This document shows, piece after piece, positions 10,641 to 20,224 of a stretch of 64,000 bases of DNA. Both the position numbers and the translations under genes were made by a program. Each line of letters begins with the position of its first letter. Position 1 is the stretch's first letter. The DNA comes from an uncultured Veillonellaceae bacterium (GTDB lineage Bacteria > Bacillota > Negativicutes > Selenomonadales > Selenomonadaceae): the NCBI GenBank assembly GCA_902801565.1, contig CADCIX010000006.1, forward strand, positions 10,070 through 74,069, written 5' to 3'. The notes under the pieces were generated by a model, which saw only the letters and a program-made list of their open reading frames with translations, was not told the DNA's origin and searched no databases.

Positions 10641-11519
10641 TCAATCAATACGATAGCGATTCACCCAGGTGGAATATCCCTTGGCAAAAGCCCGCAGACG
10701 CACAAGTCCCTTATATTCCGGGGACGTCTCCACGATGGGGCGGTATTTGCCGTCCATGTCATCCTCCAAGACCTGCCAGCCGGTCTTCGGGCTCCAATAC
10801 TTGCCCGACACGAAAAGCTCCGTCCCATTAGGGAGATTCACCGACTTCTTCATGAACTTGATCTCCAGGACGCCTCCTGCAGCATCCTTCTGTTCCTCCC
10901 ATTCCCAGAGGATGAGATTGTCGCCGCGGAGCCGCATGGTTGTCGTATCCGCCGTCACTTGAGTGGAAACGCCGCCCTGTTCAGACTGCCAAAGAGTGAT
11001 CCATCGATCCTCCGCCATGCGCCGCGCCATCTCGCCCTGGCGGAAAACTTCATCCACAATGGCGGCATAGAACTCATCATCAAATTCCTGAGAGTTGACC
11101 TCTTTCTCACGGTCCTCCGCCTTCGACCAGATAACCTTGCCATCCGCATCGTAGAAGTTCTCACGAACATACTGCACGGTACGATTCTGTGGATTGATGC
11201 GGACCTGCGCCAGGCTGTAGGCAAGTTTTCCCGGATTCGGCAGGCTGTCCTTGATCTTATAGTTTTCAATGGTCTCTGCCGCACCAGCATAGCTATAGGT
11301 CGTTTTTGTCCATGCCTCGATTTCCGTCGCCACGAAACCGCGTTCCGTCTTGACCTTTTTCGTCACAACAACGGAAACCGGATCAAAAAACTTCCCATAT
11401 TTTGCGTCGGACCCCAGCCAGTACCAATTATCGGCAGCATTTACCGCCGAATGCTGGCATACCGTCAGGCAGAGGACAACTGCCAGAATGCATGCCAATC
11501 TATACCATTGTCTTCCCAT
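10641..11519 (-). CDS. Secreted hypothetical protein (paralog of the 8952-9602 product)
   Basis: MGRQWYRLACILAVVLCLTVCQHSAVNA signal peptide, with GGAGG 8 nt upstream of ATG 11519. Shares the blocks GAA(D/E), (K/R)TV(R/Q), and D..FY.AI with the other secreted protein. Confidence 0.6.
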   Translation of the reverse strand: MGRQWYRLACILAVVLCLTVCQHSAVNAADNWYWLGSDAKYGKFFDPVSVVVTKKVKTERGFVATEIEAWTKTTYSYAGAAETIENYKIKDSLPNPGKLAYSLAQVRINPQNRTVQYVRENFYDADGKVIWSKAEDREKEVNSQEFDDEFYAAIVDEVFRQGEMARRMAEDRWITLWQSEQGGVSTQVTADTTTMRLRGDNLILWEWEEQKDAAGGVLEIKFMKKSVNLPNGTELFVSGKYWSPKTGWQVLEDDMDGKYRPIVETSPEYKGLVRLRAFAKGYSTWVNRYRID

Positions 11520-11604
11520 ATCCATAACCTCCACCCCTCATCGCCGGATCTTTTAACATCTTTTAACTACATTTTACCGTAAGACAATGATTTAGGCAAC
11601 CATT

Positions 11605-12810
11605 TCAAGGTTTCTTTGGATAAGCTACGTCATCCAGGATGCCCAGCAGGCCGGCAATCGCCACACCATAATTCGTCATGGGCATGCCCTGCCTGCGGCA
11701 CTGTTCCACACGATTCAGCACATAGCGCCGGTTGAACATGCAGGAGCCGCAATGGATCACCATATCATAGCCGGAAAGGTCTTCAGGAAAATCCCTTCCA
11801 CTCACGAACTCAATCCGCAGCCCATCCCCCAAGCGCTTCTTCAAAAGGCGCGGCAGCTTTACCCGCCCGATATCCTCGGTGAGCGGGCGATGGGTGCACG
11901 CCTCCGCAATCAGGATACGGGCATCCTTCGACAAGGCCGGAAGCTTCGCCGCCGACTCCATGAAGTAGTGGATATCCCCCTTGTAATGGGCAAACAGGAC
12001 AGAAAAGGACGTCAGAATGCTCTCCTTTGGCTTCTTTTCATGGACCGCACGGAATGCCTGGGAATCCGTGATGATGAGATGCGGCGGCCTTCCCAGAGCC
12101 GCAAGGGTCTCTTCCAGCATATCCGTCGTACAGCTCATGACCATGCATTTCTTGTCCAGAAGTTCCCGTATAGTCTGCACCTGCGGCAGGATCAGCCGCC
12201 CCTTCGGGGCCTGGATATCCTGCGGCATCACCAGGAGCACCAGGTCCCCGCCGGAGCAGAGATCCCCCGTGATGCTCGCGCTCTCGTAATCCTCCGGAAG
12301 CTGCCGGATGAGCTCTCCCCGCAGATCATCGAGCCCGATGCGCTCTTTTGCACTCACCAGCACAGGCATAATCCCTGTGGCTTCCTGCACGGACTTTGCC
12401 AAAGCCTTTCCGCCCTCATCGCGCTCATCCGTCCGGCTGATGACGGGAATCACTGCGGTTTTTGCCTGCCGCAGCCGTTCCATCCACGAAAGCTCCTCCG
12501 CCATATCCCCGTCATCGAACAATACCAGGGCAATATCCACGGCTTTTGCGGCATCCTGCGTCTTTCCCACGCGCAGCTCACCCAATTCCCCCACATCATC
12601 AAAACCCGCCGTATCCACGAACACCACGGGCCCGATGCCATGAAATTCCATGGCCTTGTACACCGGATCCGTCGTCGTCCCCGCCACATCGGAAACCGTG
12701 GAGACCGACTGTCCCGTCAAAGCATTCAGCAAGGAAGACTTGCCGCTGTTGCGCCGCCCAAGCAAACCGATATGCAGACGGTTCGCCCTGGGGGTATCCG
12801 TCAATCCCAT
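11605..12810 (-). CDS. hydF: [FeFe]-hydrogenase maturation GTPase HydF
   Basis: GRRNSGKSSLLNALTG (P-loop), DTAG, and a C-terminal CxHC...C cluster region (EACTHRP..., HCGSCMF). 401 aa. Confidence 0.88.
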   Translation of the reverse strand: MGLTDTPRANRLHIGLLGRRNSGKSSLLNALTGQSVSTVSDVAGTTTDPVYKAMEFHGIGPVVFVDTAGFDDVGELGELRVGKTQDAAKAVDIALVLFDDGDMAEELSWMERLRQAKTAVIPVISRTDERDEGGKALAKSVQEATGIMPVLVSAKERIGLDDLRGELIRQLPEDYESASITGDLCSGGDLVLLVMPQDIQAPKGRLILPQVQTIRELLDKKCMVMSCTTDMLEETLAALGRPPHLIITDSQAFRAVHEKKPKESILTSFSVLFAHYKGDIHYFMESAAKLPALSKDARILIAEACTHRPLTEDIGRVKLPRLLKKRLGDGLRIEFVSGRDFPEDLSGYDMVIHCGSCMFNRRYVLNRVEQCRRQGMPMTNYGVAIAGLLGILDDVAYPKKP

Positions 12811-12833
12811 AGTATCACCCTCCCATAAAACAA

Positions 12834-12863
12834 TAAGAAAAAGAGAGCGCTCTTACGCTCTCT
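12834..12863 (-). terminator. Intrinsic terminator after the 76-aa ORF
   Basis: AGAGAGCG-ctctta-CGCTCTCT stem, followed on the minus strand by TTTTTCTT. Confidence 0.55.
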
Positions 12864-12915
12864 TCTCCATAGTAAGGCATCATGGCATCCCATAATGCCT
12901 TTATGCAATATACAA

Positions 12916-13146
12916 TTATGCCACACTTTTCACCACGGTCTCAACAACACGGTTGTCAAGCCATTCCGCGACTGCCTCGCGCTCCGAGCATGCCCCGCCC
13001 TTTGCAACAACACTCAGCATGTCGTGGTCAGCGGCGTAATCAACAAAGCTGGAGCTTCCAACAAGTTTAGCCGCCTTGGTGAACTGCTTCACGCGAACAG
13101 GAATATAAACATCTTCCATCCACTGCGAATAAATTTGTACCTTCAT
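12916..13146 (-). CDS. Small hypothetical protein (76 aa)
   Basis: AGGAG lies 8 nt upstream of the ATG and the ORF has its own terminator. No family recognised. Confidence 0.45.
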   Translation of the reverse strand: MKVQIYSQWMEDVYIPVRVKQFTKAAKLVGSSSFVDYAADHDMLSVVAKGGACSEREAVAEWLDNRVVETVVKSVA

Positions 13147-13447
13147 GATAATCGCTCCTTCTACTATTCATCGCATAACATTGATGGTATGGCCATCCTC
13201 AGCCACTAGCAATCATGCAATTCACGGTCATTTTCTTGTTCCGTGTTTTCAATAGTATTATCGGAGAAAACCATGATTTCCTTAAGTGTGGTTACCATGT
13301 ATACTGTATGTAGTTGGAATATTCTCTGAAACAGGCACTCCAAAACTATCCAACCCCAACAACCATAAGGGAAGAAAGGACTTTCATTCCTCTCGTTCTG
13401 GCTCTCTCCTGATTCCGCATTCATTATATGACAACCTCAAGAAAAAG

Positions 13448-15124
13448 TCAAGGCATCGAATTTCTTTTTTCCAGAGGTATCCTGCATACCACCTCCGTGC
13501 CCTCTCCCTGACGGGAGGAAAGCTCCAGACTGCCCCTGCCGGAATACAGATTGGCGATGCGCTGTCGCACATTGGAAAGGCCGATGCCCCCGGAGCTTTC
13601 CTGCAGCAGCTTCCTGCAATCCTCTTCCGTCATGCCCACTCCGTTGTCGGCAACCCGCACCACCAGCTGCCCCTCTGCCTGCTTGATGCTTACCTCCAGC
13701 CGGCAATCCTCCGGCTTGGGAAAAAGGCCATGGAGCAGGGCATTTTCCACGATGGGCTGCAGGGAAAAAGTGGGAAGAAGACAGTTGCCTGCCCCCTCAT
13801 CCACTTCAATATGCACCGACAGCCGGGAGCCGAAACGGACCTTCAGGATCTCAATATAGGCCTCCACACTGGAGAACTCCTCTTCCACCGTCACCTTGTC
13901 CTCATGCTTGGCGAAGCTGAAATGGAGCATTTCCGACAGTTTCTCCAAAAGAGTCCGTGCGGTGTCCGGGGAAGTCCGGCAAAAGGACATGACATTGGAG
14001 AGGGTGTTGAACAGGAAATGAGGGTTGATCTGTGCCCGCAGCGCCCGCATTTCCGCCTGCTCCACAAGGGCCTGCTGCTGGTCAAGCTCATGAAGGGCCA
14101 GTTGCCTGGAAAGGAGTTTGGCCAAATCCTTCACCAACTGGATATCCGCCACAGTCAAGTTGCTATTGTGGGCACGGTAGAGCTTTAAAGTGCCCACCGC
14201 CTTGTCCCTGGGAACAAAGGGTGCCACTATCCCACAGGCCAGGGGACATCCAGGCTCCGGACAATGAGCCCCGTCCCGGAAAACCACGATCTCTCCCTCT
14301 GCCAGTGCCTCCGTGGTAACCCCCGAAAGGATGACCCCTCCGGGCCGGTGATGGTCGCTGCCCAGGCCAATAAAGGCAAGGATCTTCCTGTCGTCCGTGA
14401 TGGAGACGGCATCCGCCTGAGTCAGGCGATAGATGATTTCCGCCACTTTCTTTGCGCTGTCCTGGGAAAGGCCGTCCCGCAGCCATTTAAGTGTCTGGTC
14501 CGCCACGGAAAGGGCCAGATGGGCAGACCGGGCCCCGCTGAGCTCCGCCTGCAGCTGCATGTCCTTCAGGATCAGCACAAAGAGGCTGGTGCCCACAATG
14601 GTCACAAAGGTGGTAGGCAGGGCCGCCGCCTTCTCAAAGGCCCAGGCCGCCTCAAAGGGCTTGGCGAAAGCCAGTGTAAAGCCCTTCTGGATGATCTCCG
14701 CCATCAGGGCAATACCGGAAGCCATGCGCCAGTCCAGGCGGTGAAAGCCGATCTTTTGGCGAAGCAGCCCCGCCATGATGCCCATCAGCAGGGTGGCGGC
14801 AGCACAGGAGGCTGCGGTGAAGCCCCCCAGACTGTAGCGGTGAAGGGCTCCCACGAGGCCGACACTGAACCCCACCCATGGCCCGCCAATAATGCCTCCC
14901 ATCAGGGTTCCCACAATCCTGGTGCTGGCCAGGGCTCCCTCAATATGGGTGCCATAATAGGAGGAGATGATGGAGAGCAAGGAAAAAACCACCGTGAACA
15001 CGGTCCAGGACCTCCATGTCACAGGCTGCATCGCCATGGCCATGGCCTTGGGATTGCGCCCCAAAAGGTAAGCCACCACCGCCGCGAAGCAGACATTTCC
15101 CAGCAGACTGAACAACAGTGCCAT
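13448..15124 (-). CDS. LytS-type sensor histidine kinase (5TM-LytS, GAF, His_kinase, HATPase)
   Basis: N-terminal multi-TM region, QINPHFLFNTL (H-box of the LytS/YehU family), and a C-terminal G-box GGIGLSNVRQRI. Confidence 0.9.
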   Translation of the reverse strand: MALLFSLLGNVCFAAVVAYLLGRNPKAMAMAMQPVTWRSWTVFTVVFSLLSIISSYYGTHIEGALASTRIVGTLMGGIIGGPWVGFSVGLVGALHRYSLGGFTAASCAAATLLMGIMAGLLRQKIGFHRLDWRMASGIALMAEIIQKGFTLAFAKPFEAAWAFEKAAALPTTFVTIVGTSLFVLILKDMQLQAELSGARSAHLALSVADQTLKWLRDGLSQDSAKKVAEIIYRLTQADAVSITDDRKILAFIGLGSDHHRPGGVILSGVTTEALAEGEIVVFRDGAHCPEPGCPLACGIVAPFVPRDKAVGTLKLYRAHNSNLTVADIQLVKDLAKLLSRQLALHELDQQQALVEQAEMRALRAQINPHFLFNTLSNVMSFCRTSPDTARTLLEKLSEMLHFSFAKHEDKVTVEEEFSSVEAYIEILKVRFGSRLSVHIEVDEGAGNCLLPTFSLQPIVENALLHGLFPKPEDCRLEVSIKQAEGQLVVRVADNGVGMTEEDCRKLLQESSGGIGLSNVRQRIANLYSGRGSLELSSRQGEGTEVVCRIPLEKRNSMP

Positions 15125-15135
15125 GATCTCTCCTC

Positions 15136-15885
15136 CTATTTTATGCCCAGTGCCTCCCGCACCTCCGACATGTGCTTGCGGCTCACGGGGATTTCCTCTC
15201 CCGCCTCCCCCTTGAGGCTCAGCACATAGGAACCGTGGAACCAGGGAATGACCTTGGCTATGGCCCCTATGTTCACGATATACTGGCGATGCACCCGCAG
15301 GAACAGATTGGGATCCAGCAGTTCCATCAACTCCGACAAGGTCATGGACAGCTGAAAATCCCCCTCCTTTGTACGCAGGAACACCAGCTTGTCCCTGACA
15401 TAGGCCATCAGGATATCCTGTTGCTGCACAGGCACCAGGACATCCCCCTTCTGCACGCTGATGGGCCGGTAGTGGTGAGCTGTTTCCGCATGGGCATGCT
15501 CCCCGCCATTTTTCTCTCCCAAGGAAAAGAGGGAACGGACCTTCAGCAGAGCCTTGGTAAGCCTGGCCTGGCTGAGGGGCTTGGTGAGATAGGCCACCGC
15601 CGAGGTCTCAAAGGCAGGCAGGGCATATTCCTCATAGGCAGTGACGAAGATAATCATGACATTGATCTTCAGCGTGGCCAGACATTCGGCAAATTCCAGG
15701 CCGCTCATGCCCGGCATCTTTATGTCCAGCAGCAAAAGGTCGCAGGGATTCTGCTGCAGATAGGCCAGGGCGGGCTGGCTTTGCTGGAACTTGGCTGCCA
15801 CCGTAATATCAGGATGAGCCTCCAGCAAGTATTCAATATCATCACAAATAGGCTTCTCATCATCAACAATCACTGCACGAAGCAT
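15136..15885 (-). CDS. LytR/AlgR-family response regulator (REC + LytTR)
   Basis: MLRAVIVDDEKPI...DIKMPGMSG...K, followed by a LytTR pattern (FLRVHRQYIVN). The longer ORF to 15948 is unlikely to be real. Confidence 0.9.
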   Translation of the reverse strand: MLRAVIVDDEKPICDDIEYLLEAHPDITVAAKFQQSQPALAYLQQNPCDLLLLDIKMPGMSGLEFAECLATLKINVMIIFVTAYEEYALPAFETSAVAYLTKPLSQARLTKALLKVRSLFSLGEKNGGEHAHAETAHHYRPISVQKGDVLVPVQQQDILMAYVRDKLVFLRTKEGDFQLSMTLSELMELLDPNLFLRVHRQYIVNIGAIAKVIPWFHGSYVLSLKGEAGEEIPVSRKHMSEVREALGIK

Positions 15886-15957
15886 CTTTCCTCCCCCTTC
15901 CTTCTTTGCACCTTCTCCCATTCTACCCTTTGATTCCCTATTTTTCAAGATAAGGCA

Positions 15958-15985
15958 AGGGAGGAAGCCCGCCGGCTTCCTCCCT
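15958..15985 (-). terminator. Hairpin downstream of the kor operon
   Basis: AGGGAGGAAGCC-cgcc-GGCTTCCTCCCT. The U-tract is weak. Confidence 0.45.
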
Positions 15986-15999
15986 TACCAAACCTATCC

Positions 16000-16545
16000 T
16001 CACACAGCCGCTTTCAAGACCTCTTCCGCTGCCTCCCAGCCCACCTGCAGGGCCTTCATGTTCTGCTCCACCGTATGGGGAGGCACACGTTTGGCCACGG
16101 AGTCCTTGATGGTCTCGAACTTTACGGTTCCCGTGATCCGCACCAAAGCCCCCAGAGCCACGATGTTGGCGAAAAGGGTCTTCCCCACCTTCTCCACCGC
16201 CAGCCTGGTGATGGGAATCTTGATAACATGAGGGAACTTTGGCGGCTCCGGCACGAGGTCCTCGTCCAGCACCAGAACGCCGTCTTCCTTCAGGTCGCCG
16301 TAGTACTTCTCCGCAGCCTTCTGTGTCATGGCAAGCACCAGGTCGGGCGTTTTTACATGGGGATGGTAGATGGGGCTTTCATCCACGATGACCTCGGACT
16401 TGGAGGCACCACCCCTGGCCTCCGGCCCGTAGGACTGGGATTGCACAGCCTCCTTGCCCTCCTGCACGGCGGCCTCCGCGAAGATGATGGCCGCTGTGAT
16501 CACGCCCTGACCGCCGGAGCCGGACAAACGCATCTCTTTTCTCAT
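16000..16545 (-). CDS. korC: 2-oxoacid:ferredoxin oxidoreductase, gamma subunit
   Basis: LSGSGGQGVITAA... is the gamma-subunit pattern. Its start overlaps the beta subunit stop by 4 bp. Confidence 0.88.
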   Translation of the reverse strand: MRKEMRLSGSGGQGVITAAIIFAEAAVQEGKEAVQSQSYGPEARGGASKSEVIVDESPIYHPHVKTPDLVLAMTQKAAEKYYGDLKEDGVLVLDEDLVPEPPKFPHVIKIPITRLAVEKVGKTLFANIVALGALVRITGTVKFETIKDSVAKRVPPHTVEQNMKALQVGWEAAEEVLKAAV

Positions 16546-17366
16546 TTCCTGGCACCTCCCGCAATCTCGATGACCTTCTCATAGGCCACATCATAAGCCA
16601 CGCCTTCCTCCTGCTTGAAGACGCCGATGGGGAACTTCTCCCCCTGCTTCTCCCCCTCCGGAAGCTTGTCCCAGGCGGCTTTCATGACGGCGTTGTCCCG
16701 CATCCATGCCATCATCTTAGCGGGGTCCCCCATCTTGTTCTTGCGTCCGTAAGCCGTGGGGCACTGCACCATGGCCTCGATAAAGGAGAAGCCCTTGTTC
16801 CTGAGCCCGCCGGAGATCATGTCCGTGAGATGCTTCACATGGAAGGCCGTGGAACGCGCCACATAGGTCGCTCCCGCCGCCCCTGCCAGGGCACAGGCAT
16901 TGAAGGGACGATCCACGGAGCCATAGGGGGCTGTCGTGGCCTTCTTGCCCGTGGGTGTCATGGGGGACGCCTGGCCTCCTGTCATGCCGTAGATATTGTT
17001 GTCGAAGAGCACCACCGTGAGGTCCACATTCCTGCGACAGCCGTGGATGAAGTGGTTGCCCCCGATGGCGGTGCAGTCACCATCCCCGGTGATGACCACC
17101 ACATTCAGCTCAGGATTGGCAAGCTTCACACCCGTGGCAAAGGGAATGGCGCGGCCATGAGCCGTGTGCAGGGTGTCAAAGTCCATGTAGCCGGAAGCAC
17201 GGGAGGAGCAGCCGATGCCGGACACGATGACGGTGTTGTCCTGGGTGAGCCCTTCCTTCTCGATGGCCTGAACGATGGCCTTCATGACGATGCCGTTGCC
17301 GCAGCCGGGGCACCAGAGGTGCGGCAGGCGGTTCTGGCGAAAATAAGCCTCAAAACTTCTTTCCAT
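16542..17366 (-). CDS. korB: 2-oxoacid:ferredoxin oxidoreductase, beta (TPP-binding) subunit
   Basis: WCPGCGNG...GIGCS...GDGD...GGNH motifs of the TPP/[4Fe-4S] beta subunit. Confidence 0.92.
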   Translation of the reverse strand: MERSFEAYFRQNRLPHLWCPGCGNGIVMKAIVQAIEKEGLTQDNTVIVSGIGCSSRASGYMDFDTLHTAHGRAIPFATGVKLANPELNVVVITGDGDCTAIGGNHFIHGCRRNVDLTVVLFDNNIYGMTGGQASPMTPTGKKATTAPYGSVDRPFNACALAGAAGATYVARSTAFHVKHLTDMISGGLRNKGFSFIEAMVQCPTAYGRKNKMGDPAKMMAWMRDNAVMKAAWDKLPEGEKQGEKFPIGVFKQEEGVAYDVAYEKVIEIAGGARK

Positions 17367-18514
17367 TATTTATTCCCTCCCGCAACGAGCCCATCGATGC
17401 CTTTCTCGATTTCCTCCGGCTCGAAGATTTCCATGTTGTACTTGGCGCAAAGTTCTACCGGGCAGGCCCCCGCCACGGCTCGTTCCACTTCGTGGACAAT
17501 CTGGCCGTAGTTGAGCTCCGCCACCAGGATGCCCCTGACCTTTGCCGCAAGGGCCTTCACAGCCTTGTCTGCGAAAGGCCACACCGTCATGAGGCGGAGC
17601 ATTCCCACCTTCTGCCCCCTGGCGCGGGCGTTCTTCACTGCCTCGTAGGCGGTGCGGGCCGTGCCGCCAAAGGCGATGACGGCGTATTCCGCATCCTCCA
17701 TGAAGAACTCCTCCGTGTGGGTAATCTCGTCCCGCACACGCTCGATCTTCTGGTGCATACGGTCAATGGCCTCGGCGGTGATTTTCGGGCTTCCGATGGG
17801 GAATCCCGTCTCGTCGTGGATGAGTCCCGTGACGTGGATATGATAGCCCTGGCCGAAGTCCGCCACATTGGGCACGAGATCCTCGTCCGGCGTGTAGGGC
17901 TGGTAGCCCTCAGCGCGAGTCTTCCCCGGCTTGCGGCGGGGGTATATCTCGATCTCCCCGGTTTCCGGCAGAACGACCTTCTCCCGGAGGTGTCCCACAA
18001 TCTCGTCCATCAGCAGGATAACCGGGGTGCGGAACCGCTCGGCATAGTTCACCGCCATGACGGCAGCATCGAAGGCCTCCCTCACGGTCCAGGGGGAAAG
18101 GGCGATCATGGGATGGTCGCCGTGGGTGCCCCAGCGCGCCTGCATGACATCCCCCTGGGAAGGAGCCGTGGGCTGCCCCGTGGAGGGGCCCACACGCTGG
18201 ACGTTCACGATGACGGCTGGAATCTCCGCGCAGGCGGCGTAGCCGATGAGCTCCTGCTTCAGGGAAATGCCCGGACCGGAAGAGGCCGTCAGGACCTTCC
18301 TGCCCGCCAGGGATGCCCCGAGAACCACGCCCATGCTGGCAATCTCGTCCTCCATCTGAATGAACTTGCCGCCGCATTTCGGAAGGAGCTGCGCCATGCC
18401 CTCGGCAATCTCCGTGGACGGGGTGATGGGGTAACCGCCAAAGAAGCGCACCCCCGCTGCAATGGCGCCCTCGGCGCAGGCCTCGTTGCCCTGCATAAGT
18501 CTTGCTGCTGTCAT
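17366..18514 (-). CDS. korA: 2-oxoacid:ferredoxin oxidoreductase, alpha subunit
   Basis: MQGNEACAEGAIAAGVRFFGGYPITPSTEI and GPGISL patterns. 382 aa. Confidence 0.92.
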   Translation of the reverse strand: MTAARLMQGNEACAEGAIAAGVRFFGGYPITPSTEIAEGMAQLLPKCGGKFIQMEDEIASMGVVLGASLAGRKVLTASSGPGISLKQELIGYAACAEIPAVIVNVQRVGPSTGQPTAPSQGDVMQARWGTHGDHPMIALSPWTVREAFDAAVMAVNYAERFRTPVILLMDEIVGHLREKVVLPETGEIEIYPRRKPGKTRAEGYQPYTPDEDLVPNVADFGQGYHIHVTGLIHDETGFPIGSPKITAEAIDRMHQKIERVRDEITHTEEFFMEDAEYAVIAFGGTARTAYEAVKNARARGQKVGMLRLMTVWPFADKAVKALAAKVRGILVAELNYGQIVHEVERAVAGACPVELCAKYNMEIFEPEEIEKGIDGLVAGGNK

Positions 18515-18714
18515 GCTGATGCCTCCTCTTTGTCTACAAATATGGCATAGTCCGGGCAGCGCATCTCACACTGCCCGCATGCAATGCATGCGTCCGCATT
18601 CTGAACCTGGATCTTGCCCAGCTCGCTGACGGCCAGGACCTTCTTTGGGCAGAAGGCCGCGCAGATGCCGCAGCCCTTGCAGCGCGGCTCCTTGATGGTA
18701 ATTACGCCTTTCAT
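18511..18714 (-). CDS. korD: 2-oxoacid:ferredoxin oxidoreductase, delta (2x[4Fe-4S] ferredoxin) subunit
   Basis: MKGVITIKEPRCKGCGICAAFCP...CIACGQCEMRCP. The ATG is preceded by GGAGGAGAGAAG. The listed 117-aa ORF is an upstream extension. Confidence 0.85.
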   Translation of the reverse strand: MKGVITIKEPRCKGCGICAAFCPKKVLAVSELGKIQVQNADACIACGQCEMRCPDYAIFVDKEEASA

Positions 18715-18742
18715 CTTCTCTCCTCCATTTTCCATACACAAA

Positions 18743-20224
18743 TCAGAATATCCCCAGCACCTTCCAATAAGTCTGTGCGAAGACCAGCAAAAGCAAATAG
18801 CCGATGATGGTGATGGGCAGGCCGATCTTGATGCAGTCCATGGCCGTGAAGGTATCCGTGGCAAAGGCCAGGATGCCCTGGGGCGAGTTCACCGGCAGGA
18901 TGAAGCCGAAACTGACGACGAACTGCAGCACCATGGTGATGCCTACGATGTTGAGCATTGGATTGTCCAGGCCCTGCAGCACGGCAATCATGATGGGAAT
19001 CATGGAAGATGCCACGGCCGTGGCGCTGGCAAAGCCGATGTGAACGACGATGAGGAACAGGGCCAGGATGGCAAAGACCATGAAGACGCTCATTCCGGCA
19101 AGGCCAAATCCCTCGGAAAGCTGATGGGCAAGCCATGATGCCGCCTCCGTGGAAAGCAAGGCCGAGCCCATGCTGATGCCGATGCCGAAGAGAACCAGGG
19201 TGCCCCAGGAAATGTGTGCCTGGGCCTCCCTCCAGGTCATGATGCCGATGCCCGGCAGGAACATCAAGGTGATGGCAAGGACCGTGGAGGTGGTGGTGTC
19301 CAGCGGGTGAAGGGTCTTTTCCGTCACCCAGAGGAACAGAAGCCCGATGGAAATCAGCATGAGCTTCTTCTCCGAGGCCTTCATGGGGCCCAGTTCCTTC
19401 CGCGCTTCCTTCACGGTGGCATCGCCGCCCTCCACTTCCATGGTTTCCGGCTTCAGCAGTTTCCAGCAGACGAAGTACAGGATCACCGACATGATGGCCG
19501 CATACGGGGCAGCCGCGATGAACCACTCGCTCCAGGTGATGTTCGCTCCCAGCTGCTTGTCGATGAAGCCCAGAGCCACCATGTTCTGGGCAGCAGCCGT
19601 CTTGATGCCGATATTCCAGATGCTGGCGGCGTGCACCGTGGCAATCATCAGGAGCGCTGCGAAACGGCTGGTCTTCTCCATCTTGAATGCCGCGATGATG
19701 CCAAGAACGATAGGAACGATACAGCCCACCCGCGCCGTGGTGCTCGGCACAAAGAAGGCAAGAACAAATCCGACGAAAATCATGCCTGCCAAGATGCGAT
19801 TCGTCTTTGCCCCCACCTTGGAGAGGACGAAAAGGGCGATGCGCTTGTCAAGCCCCGTATGCATCATGGCCGCCGCCAGGAAGAGCGCCGCTCCCACCAG
19901 CACGGTCCCGCTGGCACTAATGCCCGCAAAGGCTGTCTTGAGCGCAGCGGACGTGCCCAGAAGCTTCGATGTATCCTGGGGATCCGGCGACAGCCCCAGA
20001 CACAGAATCATCAATGTGGCGATGATGGATGCGCTGACCGGGTATGTCACCGTTTCCGTGATCCAGATGATGACCGCGAAAACGAGAATGCCCAGCATGC
20101 GGTGTCCCGCCGTTGTCAGGTCCGCCGGCGTCGGCGCCATGAAAATCGCCACCATTGCCAGGACTGCCAATGGCAGCCCACACTTCTTGAAGAAAGACGA
20201 TGAGGCAGCTGCTTGCCCTGCCAT
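18743..20224 (-). CDS. DASS/SLC13-family anion:sodium symporter (di/tricarboxylate type)
   Basis: About 490-aa polytopic membrane protein with the pattern FFVPSTTARVGCIVPI... and a second half ILPVNSPQG (SNT-like hairpin motifs). Lies 28 bp upstream of korD. Confidence 0.8.
   Translation of the reverse strand: MAGQAAASSSFFKKCGLPLAVLAMVAIFMAPTPADLTTAGHRMLGILVFAVIIWITETVTYPVSASIIATLMILCLGLSPDPQDTSKLLGTSAALKTAFAGISASGTVLVGAALFLAAAMMHTGLDKRIALFVLSKVGAKTNRILAGMIFVGFVLAFFVPSTTARVGCIVPIVLGIIAAFKMEKTSRFAALLMIATVHAASIWNIGIKTAAAQNMVALGFIDKQLGANITWSEWFIAAAPYAAIMSVILYFVCWKLLKPETMEVEGGDATVKEARKELGPMKASEKKLMLISIGLLFLWVTEKTLHPLDTTTSTVLAITLMFLPGIGIMTWREAQAHISWGTLVLFGIGISMGSALLSTEAASWLAHQLSEGFGLAGMSVFMVFAILALFLIVVHIGFASATAVASSMIPIMIAVLQGLDNPMLNIVGITMVLQFVVSFGFILPVNSPQGILAFATDTFTAMDCIKIGLPITIIGYLLLLVFAQTYWKVLGIF

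Noticed and set aside
13206-13424. 72-aa minus-strand ORF downstream of lytS.
   Set aside because: Poor RBS spacing, odd composition, and no recognisable family. It is mentioned only inside the low-GC-region finding and is not called as a gene.
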